Shown: piece after piece, positions 1 through 11,848 of the stretch
How positions within the stretch are numbered: position 1 is the first letter of the stretch
Layout: the number at the start of each line of letters is the position of its first letter
Assembly (NCBI GenBank): GCA_973851085.1
Contig: OZ316775.1
Coordinates: 19,282,001 to 19,346,000, forward strand
Source of the DNA: Ptychomitrium polyphyllum
Taxonomy: Eukaryota
Direction of reading: 5' to 3'
DNA length: 64,000 nt
The notes under the pieces: generated by a model
What the model was told of the DNA's origin: nothing
Database searches by the model: none
Seen by the model: the letters and a program-made list of their open reading frames with translations, nothing else
Program-made: the position numbers and the translations under genes

Positions 1-254
1 TTTCACTAGTTCAAATATAGATTCGTTGGCCATTTGATACCTTGTTTCTAAAGGATTTAAAAACAATAATTTGTCAACATTTTTAAATAATAATTAATCA
101 AATTTAAAAAAATCATGATAAATTAGAAGAAGTAGTATACAAAACTATGTATATTGTTTGTTCATTTAAATTCTTGATGTTTTTTTTTGTGCTCCAATGA
201 AGGTGCAAAAATCATTAATCTTGTTGGTGGCAAAGGCCAATTTATGATAAATGA

Positions 255-370
255 ATATATATATATATATNNNNNNNNNNNNNNNNNNNNNNNNNNNNNN
301 NNNNNNNNNNNNNNNNNNNNNNNNNNNNNNNNNNNNNNNNNNNNNNNNNNNNNNNNNNNNNNNNNNNNNN
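255..370. other. (TA)n microsatellite followed by a 100-N assembly gap
   Basis: A tatatata run at ~255-270 directly abuts the N run at 271-370. Confidence 0.97.
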
Positions 371-2629
371 TGGATTATGTGGATCCATAGTTTTTCAAGC
401 TAATTTGCTAGTCAATAATAATTACAGTTTTTTTTGTTGTTGCTGCAATTTGTTACATTATCAAAATAAAGAAATTTCAAAGCTCTTCTTGATTCAAAAT
501 TAAATGCTGTGGAAAAAATTAACATGTGATTTATTCTAATTTTTGCATATTCATGTATAATACTAATTCAAATGTGCAAAAATTACTCCATGAAGTTTTT
601 ATTTTTATTTTTAAGCATATGGTAATGTCTATAATATTGAAATCTCATGGCTATGGAAAGAGCTTTGAATTTATTAGAAGAAAGATATGATAAAACATTT
701 AATTTATTCAAGTCTCTTATAAGATAGGAAAAATTATGAAGTTTTAGATTTATATAAATTATGCAAACTGAAAAATCATATAATCATTTGTAATATAAAA
801 AGCTGTAATTACAATGCTTACATTTTATGGTAAATTAGTCAATATAGTTTATTGAACAATGAGGCTTGTCACTGTAAGTTGTTGGTATCTGCAGCACTAA
901 TGATTACTAATTAAATTACACAATGTGCTTAAGTAATGTAAAGTGGATGAAAAGTGATTAAAATGTGCCAAGAAAGTCATTTTTTGGAATTAAAATACTG
1001 TTTAGATAATATTGCATGATAAATAACATACATTTTTGAATAAAAACATTTAAATGTTTTTTAAAGTGTTGTTTGAAAAAATGAATACTTTTTGTGAAGA
1101 TAATCTAAAATGCAACAATTATTATTTGTGTGAAAATAGGGAATCTTTGTATTTAAAACATCTCAAAGATTTCCTAATTATATACATATATATTTTTGAG
1201 TATTAATTATTCAATATTGTTTATTATATAGTTTAAATTTTTTGATTTTTTTGTTCAATATCATCTAGCAATGGCTTTAAACAAAAATCTATATTATAGT
1301 ATTTTTTGATGAACATTCTTTCTTTTGGCATCTTTTTACAATTTTTTCATGACAAATATTTTCTAATAGAGACATTTGATAACCTTCTAAAGATTCTACT
1401 ACATAGATTTCAATGGCTATACTTTAGACATCCTACAATTGCTTCTTTCACACTTATTTTATTTCTATGTATAAGTATAAACCAACATTTAAAATACATT
1501 AAAAAGTTTAAATTAAATTTTCTTTAAGACAACATAATTTATAAATTCCTATTGGTTTAAAAAAATTTACAACTTTGGTAAAGTTGAATCTTAAATGATA
1601 TATATAAACATACAAATACTTGTTTAAGACCCTCGATTAATTGTCATTGCATAGCATCAAGCCATGGAGGGTGTGTAATACGCTACAAAAGTAAAATTAA
1701 TCAAAATACACCCATTGAAATCATGCACCATAACCAACTCAAATCCTGCATCTTGTCGCTTATGTAATCAAGGGTTCCGATTTGAACTTTGTAATCAAAG
1801 AGGAGGGCCTGTCACCGTGTGCCCTTTAACCCTACGTCCAGGCCCGCACACACCTCTCCACACTAGTGAGCCCGTCATTTCACTGTAATAAGTTTCTGTA
1901 ATAAGTTACAGTAGTAAGTTCAGCGTCGACAGTAGATTATGACCATAACTTGTGCTTGGTGTGCTACCCAGGGCACTGTAAGAATCAAAACAAACGGAAA
2001 TAGATTACCTTTAGTAACATCTTATCAAGCTCAGTGATCCTCTCACGATGGCATTATAGGAAGACATTGCGTTCCGGGAGTGCAGGCATCGTGAGCTCAG
2101 ACTCTTGTTCGGAGGTCTCTGTGTATGGAGCTAAACTTGGGCAGACATTCACTTCTTTTGCTGCGTTAGTTTACGTTGCAATTTGGTTGCTCTTGTAACT
2201 TGCTTCTTCTACAACTGTGTGAAAGCTTCTCATGCAAGGAATAGCTTGTGTTCAGGCATGTGGAGGGCATGGTTGGGGTTGCGTGCATGAGCTCTTCCTT
2301 CAGCTTTCAAGCTCTCCGAGCACTACCTTGTCTATAGTGTCGAGGCAATTTCAACTGCTAAATTGTAGTCTTTAGGCTAGACTTTGATACGTGTGTGATG
2401 GTATTATTGAGGATTTGGCCCTTGTTCTTAATCATTTTTGTCGTTGAATTAGCCCTTCCACATTTTTGGCTCTATTTTGACAATCATTCGTCTCTAAGAG
2501 AATTGTTACGTTAGTAGATGCTAAGTGTTCCATATTTTATGGTATGCTGGTTAGGAAGAAATTACGGCTTCTACTTACTGGCTTGACTTAACAATGTCCT
2601 TCCGGGATACTGCTGCAAGATACCATTAG

Positions 2630-4014
2630 ATGAGGGAGAGTTTATGGAGGAGGCTCCTAGTTGAGATCCTTTAATAAGTAGTGCTGCCGTTTTTGCCGGT
2701 GCCTGCTTTGTTTAGGGCTCGATCTGTGTACGTGAGATGGAACGAGCTGCTTCACACGCCAAGCTTTCTCGACCTTTGAGACTTAAATGCGAGAAACAAA
2801 GCATACTTGTTCCTCATACGTCATATGGATGAAATAACTTAATTAACAGTACATTCCGGCGAACGACGAGCTTCCTCGACATTGATTCTAAGCGATGATA
2901 TTCAATCCCAGTTGATGCGTAGCTTTTGGCTCGTACTGATGAGGTTCTGCTTTTGGCTATGGACGACGGTTTTATTTGTTAATTGTCTAAGTCCCTTTTC
3001 TTCGCAAAAGACAACTTCCACTGGTGGTGTTCGATCCTGTTGTAAAGACGGGGCGGGAGCTTCCAGACTCAACATGGGATAACGGACCTGTATTTTGCCT
3101 GAATGATGATGCCCTTCCTGCAATCGTCGTGGTCGCAGATAATGCTGACCGGAGCTTCAAGCCGTTGGTTATAAGCAGTCGTTCAGTAGATGCACACACA
3201 GCTTTTTTTGTGTATGAACCATCTACACATGTATGGCGGAGGCTGCCAAACCCACCGGAAAGACTTGGGGTTACGGTTAAACAGTCAAATGGAAGAAGGT
3301 TTCAAGAATCGGCCATCCATTTTAAAGGGTATCTTTTGGTAAGCATCATACAAAAATTAAGACAAATAAGACTACTCTACTTTTAACGCCATGGACAAAT
3401 ACTGACTTTGTGTGCCATTGTGAGTGATTATGTTAGCTGCACCACTTTTACTTCTGAGCTATAACCTCAGGGAAAATTTAAGGAGAGAAGTAGAAAAGTT
3501 TGTGTCGAGGTTTCCTGGATATCGTCAGCTTATCGTTACTGGCAACTGCTTGTTCATGACATTGAGGTTCATTGGACTAAACTTCTCATTGGGCTCTGAA
3601 GCGAGTTCCTCTAATTCTTGTGATTTTGTGTTCCAGACGTAAGAGATTCAGGTCGACCAAAACTCTAGTAGGTCAATGGCGCGAATTCTGACAACAGACC
3701 TCCTACAAATCTTTGATGGGGAAACCTTCACTAAATTACTATTCGATGTTGCGTATAGATTTTCTCTCGTTTTCAATTCATAGGTGTTGACTTCGCGCTT
3801 TACAGGAAAATTGGTAACCTACAACATTCACACCGGGTCTATTGGTATCGTACCTACAAAACCATTGATTGATCAAGCTACCTTGCTGCATAGCTATAAT
3901 AAAGACAATGAATCTGAAACGGATCCTCCATACTCTCGTGCGAAGCTCATGAACCTAAGCTTGAGGAACATTTTGTCACGAAGCCGAGTTACAAGCCGTC
4001 CACGTGCATCGTGA
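2630..4014 (+). pseudogene. F-box (kelch/FBA-type C-terminus) pseudogene
   Basis: From ATG 2630: MRESLWRRLLVEIL**VVLPFLPVPALFRARSVYVRWNELLHTPSFLDL*, an F-box motif with stops at 2672, 2675 and 2777. Frameshifted downstream pieces SFLDIDSKR*YSIP, LLAMDDGFIC, LVVFDPVVKTGRELP and VYEPSTHVWRRLPNPP are typical of plant F-box/kelch-like proteins. Confidence 0.85.
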
Positions 4015-5044
4015 GCTTAGACAACTTTATCTTAACAAATCACTTAGGCAAAGGGCCGCTATTTCCTTTCACTGAAATAATTCTTGTGCATCGTTTGGGT
4101 CATTTCGAGCTTTGTAGGGTCACTATGAAGTGAATGTTTCTAGTTTATGGAATGTCCTGCTGTTCTTTCTAGACTGTTGTCCAGAGGAGCTTCATGCAGA
4201 TTCCATGAGGTTTTTAATGAAGGTACCATATGCAAACATCGAGTGAAGGAAACCAACTTTTACACCGCCAAGCATGAGGACTTCAGCAACTTCTCAACAC
4301 CTTCCCATGTAATTAACGGGCTCTAAACAGTGCACTGAAAATGCTCCAAGGAGCACAGAGAGAGATCCAAGCTCACTGAAAATGCAATTAACCCGTTTTG
4401 AGTGTTGAAATTGTGAAACTTTCACTTGCAACTTGTGTTCAAAAAAAGAGGAAAACAATCAGTGTGGTACACTATTGTTTGACTATTAATATGTTTGGAC
4501 AGCATTTCCTGACCAAAGAACACTTCCCCATTGACGCGACGGTGAATATTGCTGCAGCCTAATGACAATATGGTTGCACACGTGAATTGCGTTCCTCTAT
4601 AGAATTTTTCGTTTTTATGATGTAATCTCGATTGCAGCACTTCTAGAAGCGGCTTGCATTGTAGGGAAGTAATTTGCTATATTTTCGTGTTGCATGCTTG
4701 GGTCAGAGGAGTAATATCCGCATCCTGAAGGTTAGTTTAATTGCATAAATTTACCGGTAGTACACATGGCACGATGGCAACCACATATTGGTACAGACAC
4801 TAGGAAGCATTTCGATGGACTCATCAGATTCCAGCTCTACTGGAGATAGAGTATGAGAATGAGCAGTCACACCCCACCCACCCTTCTTCACCCAAATGGT
4901 GGCCCAAAGCCTGCCCTCCCTTCTCCACCCGATGGCCCCTCCCTTCCGTCCTTTACCACCCCTTTCGTTCCGTGCAGACGGTGCAGTGCGACAAAATCCT
5001 ATAATAAGTAAACGCCTGCCTTGCGCTATGCTGCCCAGTTCACC

Positions 5045-6976
5045 ATGGCGACTCTCTCGAGCAAGCCTCTGCCCCTTAGGGATTTGCTTCTGAGAGGTGT
5101 CACAGAGGTTGTTTCCAGAATGAAGGGGGAGCTAATGGTAGCGTTTATGTGGGTTCGATAATTGTTTAGAGTGAAGAGTTGCCTGGGTTTAGTAGGGTTT
5201 GAGCTTTGAAGTGCGATTGCACAAAATAAAGCATTGTCTGGGTTCTTCCTTCGCTTCTCTAGGGGCAGCATGATTTGTTGGTTCTATCAAATTGCAACTT
5301 ATTTGGTGCACTTGCAGGTACTCCTAGTTCCTAGTACGTACTTTGGTACAGCACCACAGAACTTATTAGATATAGGTCAATTACGCAACAGTCTACCACA
5401 AGCTGTTCGAAAGCAAAAGTTCAAAACACCCGGAATTTATCGAAGAACTCGACCGATTGTTGAGATTGGGGACTCCTGTTTGACGGATTCCAATCCGGTA
5501 CACAAGTGGGAATACTATGGTAAGTTTGAACCTAGGTTCAAACCACCACGCGAAGCCCTCGCCTCGGGTGAAACTTTACAATTTAGCTATCTTCCTCTCG
5601 GTGGATACGATACTGAAGAAGATGCTCGGGTAGTCCATCAAATAGCTGCGTTTTTTTATGGAAAGGGTCAAAATGAGTTAGATCTTGGAGATGGTCACCG
5701 TTTCTCGATTGATTCATCATTGAGTGAGCAAGAGAGGTGCCTAAAGGGCAAGGAGAAAGCAAAATGGGTCTCAATCAGAGCAAAGAAGGTCTTCGAGGAC
5801 TTCAAGAAGGCGAAAGCTGCAAGGGGCCTGCTGATCGAGATCAATGGTCCCACTTGTATCCACTCTGATAAGCAAATTATAAATGCTTGCGACTTGTATC
5901 CTGCAAAGGATTCGGATGCGTTTTTGTTTCCTGCTATTCACAAGAATGCAGAGGAGCTTGTATCAACCTTGAAGTTGAGTCTATTGGCTGAATCTGGTCC
6001 AGACGGAGAACTTCATGGACCTCCACAAAGCTCGACGTTGGTCATACATGTTGATATGCCAGCACCAGATCGGGCTCATGATTTCATACAATATGCTCCT
6101 CAACATGTCAGGGCTTTTGGTGCTCCAGCAATGGATAAAGGATATAATTTGGTTGCTCTTGAAGACATCAATGCTTGTCCTGAATATGGCAACATTGGAG
6201 TGTGTAAGAAACACAAAGTTGGAGATGAAATCTTCCAGCCTGTTGAACCAGCACTACGGAGGTCGTCGACTGTGCACCAGAATTCATCTGTGCCTATGTT
6301 AGTTCCAGCATCTGTAGAGCACTGTGCACCTGTTGGAGGAAGTCGATCAGTTACCTTCGACCTTCCCTTTCGAACAAAGGAGATCGAGACCTATGTGCCT
6401 CTAGTTCCTCAATATGAATCAGGCGTCTCCAAGTTTTCCTTGGACGACCTTTGTAATATTCCTGAGGGCCAGATGATTGAATTACCTCGTGTGCAACCTT
6501 ACCAACAACTCCAGGACAACCAAGTTCTAGACTCAGGAAGTTCTACACAGATGTTTGTTGATCATAATCCTTCTGATACTGAACCTGTTGGAACGCTGCC
6601 AGCCTGGGCTTCAGAGGGTAATCCAAACGTCGTACAAGAAAGCTCTGTAGTTGCTGCAACCATGGATAAGGTCGATGAGGGTGCATTGATAGTCCACGAA
6701 GGTGCACTACATTATTCTCAGGCTACTGACTATCCAAATGCGAGCATTGCATCTGTGCTGCCTCAACAACAAGGCTCGGATGCAATGGTAGTGCATCTAG
6801 ACATGATAGCACCATCCCTCTATAATTCCTGGCAGACGAGGTCTTCAGATGGTCTACTTGTGATTCTTGCCCAGCAGATTCAAGATCGAGACAAAAAAAT
6901 CGAAGAGCAAGCGAAGCTGATAAGTTTTTTAAAGCAGGAGCTCCAGGAACGAGATAAAAAGTCAAAGGTCTTCTGA
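5045..6976 (+). CDS. Divergent AP2/ERF-like domain protein with C-terminal coiled coil (exons 5045-5137, 5318-6976)
   Basis: Phase-0 GT..AG intron at 5138-5317 joins MATLSSKPLPLRDLLLRG... to the long ORF. GIYRRTR...GKFEPRF...LPLGGYDTEEDARVVHQIAAFFYGK resembles the AP2 pattern GVR.R..GKW.AEIR...WLGTFDTAEEAARAYD.AA. The tail QQIQDRDKKIEEQAKLISFLKQELQE is heptad-like. Confidence 0.7.
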
Positions 6977-8382
6977 AGCTGCAGCAGATCCAGGAAGAAC
7001 AAGAATCGAATTTGGAACAGTTCACGGAACAAGGTCACAGCTGAGAGAAGAAAACATCTCCGAACTAGGATATGTGAGCTTGAATCTTATTAGGGCGTGA
7101 CATCTTGGTTAAGGAGAAGAAACAATATTCAGAGTTTTCAAAGTGCTTCATTCCTTTGTGGCCAGAATATGATGTGGCATTCCTGAAATAAGAGAATTTT
7201 AAGTATTGTTCTAAACTCTCACTTATATCAAATACTTAATAATAGGCTATGTAAGAAATTGACGATTGTAAACTTTAGAATATAAGTGATATAATAGTGG
7301 TAATAGACTCTTTTTGCCACTTATTCTTGTTAAGTTGGTGGTAATTCTATAAAAATTAAAAATATGATGTTTTTCAACCCCAATCCTAATTCCATGTCAT
7401 TTCTTTGTTGATGGTGTGAACTCTTGTTGTAGAACGGTTGCAAGGGAGTTCATTTACTTTGGCTCATAAAATTGTGTTGCAAATTGGTTGCAAAGGAGGC
7501 AATTGAGCTACAACATTAGGTACTAGAAGATGCTCTATTTTATTCCTTGAAATTGGATGGTAGCACTTTTTATTAATGGTAAATCATATTTTATGGATTT
7601 TATTTTTTTGCTAAAAACTACCATACTAAATTTTTAACAATTATTAATGTGATTTTTAGAACATTTATAAGAATGTATAAGATATTTATAGGAAGTGTCT
7701 GTAGGAATTGAGAATATAGCCTACATATTAAGAATGTTCTATTAACATTAGATCTAGAATATTATACAAATAAAATTCATTACCAAGTAGTTGAATTATC
7801 TATTAGATAAATATAATTGTTATGGGATTATTTCTAGAATAAATATTTAACATAAATCCTTTTCTTCTAATCCATAGTGACCAGATGCTCTACTTACAAG
7901 CGGTGCAAGGTCGGCTACCTGGTTGTAATTCCTCCTCATTCGGGTCCGTTTTAAATAGAAATAAGCAAAAGAAACAAAATACGGAAACGGAATCTTACGA
8001 AAACACCACGGTTGCAGCAGCGACTGACAACCCATAGGACTGCACCGCTGGCAAAACCTGAACCCGTCCACTTGGCACTGCGATTGAGCCGCCAGCAGCC
8101 GAGCCAGCTGCCGGAAGCAGCCGCTCGTGGTAGAAACCAGCAACTGCATGCAGTGCATGGCGACCAGCAAACTGGACTCACGTCCACCGCCGTCTCAGTG
8201 CCTCACAACCTTGCAAGGCCACCAATATTATCCGCCACTCCCACACTCTTGGTCCATTTTCGATCCTCCGCTGGACGCCCACAGCCATCTCTAGTTGAGG
8301 ACGTCAGTGGATTCACATATTTACTGTGTAGACAACCACTTTGGCTTGCTAGGTTGCCAAGGTTGCGTTTTTGGTTACCAAG

Positions 8383-8826
8383 ATGGAGGGCGGGAGGCGG
8401 ATGCAGTTGGCGACGATTTTGTTAGGAATTCTGTTGGTTGTGGCGATGGTAGGGAGAGTGGGTGCAGTGGATCCAGGTGCGCAGGGGCAGGCGGGTGGGC
8501 AGGATGTGGCGGCGATAGTGAAGCAGGTGCAGGCGGTTTTGAGCCAGGTGTGGGAGGTGTTGGAGCCGTTGGTGCGGTGGGCGAAGTCTGTAGGGCGGGA
8601 TTTATTTGATGTTGTGTACGAGAGGGCGTCGTTGCAGGGGTTGAAGTCGGTGGCCACAGAGGCTGGGCGGATCGGGTTTGATTTCTTCAGTGGGCGTCCT
8701 TATCAGGCTGCGTACGAGGTGGCGAGGGATGTGCCTGGTGTGGGTAGAGCTGTGAAGGAGATTATTGGTGAGGCTAACCTTCGGAAGAAGGCTGCTCGTG
8801 AGCAGGCAGAGGACAAAGAGTTATAA
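8383..8826 (+). CDS. Small signal-peptide protein with C-terminal DKEL, function unknown
   Basis: Single GC-rich ORF with strong G at third codon positions. Hydrophobic N-terminus MQLATILLGILLVVAMVGRVGA, amphipathic helices, ends AEDKEL*. Confidence 0.75.
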   Translation: MEGGRRMQLATILLGILLVVAMVGRVGAVDPGAQGQAGGQDVAAIVKQVQAVLSQVWEVLEPLVRWAKSVGRDLFDVVYERASLQGLKSVATEAGRIGFDFFSGRPYQAAYEVARDVPGVGRAVKEIIGEANLRKKAAREQAEDKEL

Positions 8827-9729
8827 GCGTTTTTTTTAAAGTAGTCCTTGGTTTGCTGGAGCCAATTGAACGGTGCACCGGTGGTGAAGTATCGGTACGG
8901 AGCAGTAGATTGGTGGATTCAAGTAAGTGATGCAATCGGAATCCTTACCTTATCTGCAGCTGCGTATGCTACGGAAAACAGTAGTGAGACAGGTCATGTG
9001 TCACACGATGTTCACTAGGTTTGGTTTTAGAAATTAGGGCACTTGTTGGTGTCATAGAATCGGCCATGAAAGGCCTTGTAAAGCATGTTTTTGATTGACA
9101 ATTACATTTTCCAGGTTTAGAATATTCTTCTCAAATATTTGATTATTCATTTTGCTGTTCCATAATATATCTCATTAATTTTTTCTTCATGACGTTTGTT
9201 CGCATTTGGTGTGGTTTGTCGTTGTGGGGATTGAATGTGCGTTACTGTCTGGTGAAGTAAGTCTGGTCAGATTTAAACTATTCATGTGGCTCATCATATT
9301 GGAAACTGCGATTTGCAGACTGAATGGAAGTTGAAGTATTTTAGACGGTACCCAGCGCATTGTTTATGGTATGACTCTTAGCACACCATACACATCAGAA
9401 ATTTATGTCAATATCAACTTGCTTTTACACACTTGTCTATCTGTGCAACATTTAGAGCTTTGTACAAGTTTTATAGTAAATTGGTTGGTATTTTTTCATA
9501 ATCGTCATAATTAATCACTAATAATTTGAAGGAATGAAGGCAAACACTAAGATACAATCTATTAATTCTCAGCTTTTTAATAAATATAGCATTGTTTCTG
9601 TGAAACTGGATTGTAATGCGTCCAGTTTCTACCTATCAGAGCATGTAACATTTTATTCTGCCAGGCTCATATTTATAACATTGAAGTTCAGTTGTTTAAG
9701 CAATCAAATCAAACCACTGTTCTGTAATT

Positions 9730-11622
9730 CTACTTCAAAGCTATAAACCTTTGCAATGAAACAATGAGACTAGGAGGCCAATGCTTAGTAGATTTTACCC
9801 AAGATGCATCTGTATAGCGGCGGTCCAGAAGAGTGGCAAATGTGAATTGCTGCTCAGCAGGGACAGGGGCATGCTTATCTGCATAGAGAGCTGCTGCCAA
9901 TGCCGCATGTACTTCTGCACCCAACCCAGGAACAAAAAATATAAGGACTTAAATGAAATGAAGTAATGATGTGTACCAAGATGCACCTTTGTACCAATAT
10001 GGTGATCCAATATGAGCTTCCAAGGACCAATCCAAAGTCATGTTTTCATCAACGCTTCAGAGATTGAATTCTGAAGCAGGCTACACAGAGCGAACCGAAT
10101 TAGCTCACCTGGATATCCTTTCAAGCTCAGTGACATATCTTCCATTTCCGCAATCGCTTCAGACCGGTCTCCAACTTCATATAACGTCAATGCTCGCCCA
10201 ACCCTTGCGTACTCCGCGAGTGCCAAGTCACCACTATTTTGAGTTATCTGTACCCACTCCAACAAACGCATCGCTCAGCCATGTAATACCTCGTTATTCA
10301 AAACATCGGCTTAACGTGCAACTTTTAACTTGAGGTTTAACAAAAAGAAATCTTATATTTTAGAACTTGTTTTGCAGTTTACAAGATCCTTTATACTTAT
10401 ACCCTAGAACAAGAAGATGGTTTCGTTGCAAAAGCTGCCTCTCGTTCAGTTTAGAAATATTGCACAGAAGAATCTATACAGACTCCGTAATTGCCACAGA
10501 ACGTAAGTCGACCATATAACCTTGACCTGCTCCTGGACCAGCTCACATTTGCCTCTAGCATTGAAACAAGCACTAAAGGATAAAGATGCTTAGATGCAGA
10601 AACGTTAAGGTGGAATGACATTCCAACCTACAAGCTCACTAGCACAGCATGTACAGTACATGTATAATTCAAGCACATATGAATTGATAAGTTAGGAACC
10701 ATGTATCTGGAGTCTGGAGTATCATCAACCAACTCAAGTCTTACCGAAGTAAAAGTGCCAAAGTTCGAAGCAATCTCAGGGATACTGAATGTGATTAATG
10801 TCTTTCACGAAGGTTCTCACAGAATGCGAGTAGAGGAAAAGGGTTTAGGTTCTAAGAAAACCAGTTACTGGAAATTTTGAACCAAAAATAAGATGTTCCA
10901 TTCAAGAACCTCCAGACTATCCCTTTGCATTCTACGACAAGAATCGATCGACGTCGAAGGGAAAGAAAGGGGTTATTCAAAAAGTCGAGGAGAAGAGCTA
11001 CCAGGCTGTAGCACCGTAATGCCTCTAGGAAATTCTCGCTCTCCAGCGCCTTCCCAGCCTTATCCAGAAGCTCCAAGGCCTCCGTCACCCGCCTCGCGAA
11101 GGCATTGCTGGCTTTCCTCTCCTCCTCCGACACAGGGTCGTAGCCCATGCGTGGAGATCTCGGGGCTGGCATTGCCGCCTTCGATTCACTGGGGACTGCT
11201 TCTCCACCCACTATCAGACACGCCATAGCCAACCCCAGCAACCACCCTTTGACACCATCGAACAGCGGCCACGGCTCAGCACCCAAGTGCACTTGCACAA
11301 TCGCCTCGTCAAAACCCTTACCATCATTCGCACATCCTGATCCCGAAATCTCATCTACTGCTGAAGTAAACGTGGAATTGCTACCAACGGAAACGCAACA
11401 CTCTGCTCTGAAACCACTACTTGGACCCTGCGAGGACCAGAAACTACACCTTCTAGATCTTAATACGGCTCGCACTTGGAAAACAAAATCATCGAGTCTT
11501 GACTTCTCTTTAATCCAAAGACAAACAGAAAAGGATGTGGAAGCCGCACAGGCACGGGAGCTGGAACGACTCACAATTGCGCACTGAGAGCTACCGGCCG
11601 GGAACGGCGTCGACGCAACCAT
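9730..11622 (-). CDS. TPR-like protein, probably plastid-targeted (exons 11622-11002, 10247-10109, 9914-9730)
   Basis: Canonical splice sites keep the frame. Ser/Arg-rich transit-like N-terminus and a hydrophobic AxA segment, then TPR-like helices ...DLALAEYARVGRALTLYEVGDRSEAIAEMEDMSLSLKGYPEVHAALAAALY...LDRRYTDASWVKSTKHWPPSL, a conserved plant/cyanobacterial-type TPR family from memory. Confidence 0.85.
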
Positions 11623-11792
11623 GACTACAAAAGCTGCCTCACACTCACACTCCCGCACACAATCACAAGCAAGTAGTCGTGACTGTTAAGCTGCCACTTC
11701 AAAGCGATTCCCCGCATAACACCTGCTCTGCTAGTACGTGTTTGACTGGAAACTCAAGCTCACCATACACTGCACTCCATCTCTAAACCCCC

Positions 11793-11848
11793 CTGGACTC
11801 ATCTCTGGACTCATCTCTGGACTCATCTCTACACTCATCTGATCTGGA
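11793..11848. repeat. 12-bp tandem repeat CTGGACTCATCT (3 near-perfect plus degenerate copies)
   Basis: Read directly from the sequence. Confidence 0.9.

Noticed and set aside
1805..1867. Possible Helitron 3' end (GGGCCTG..CAGGCCC then CTAG|T)
   Set aside because: The 27-nt loop and the spacing are atypical, and no 5' TC end or Rep/helicase relic was identified.
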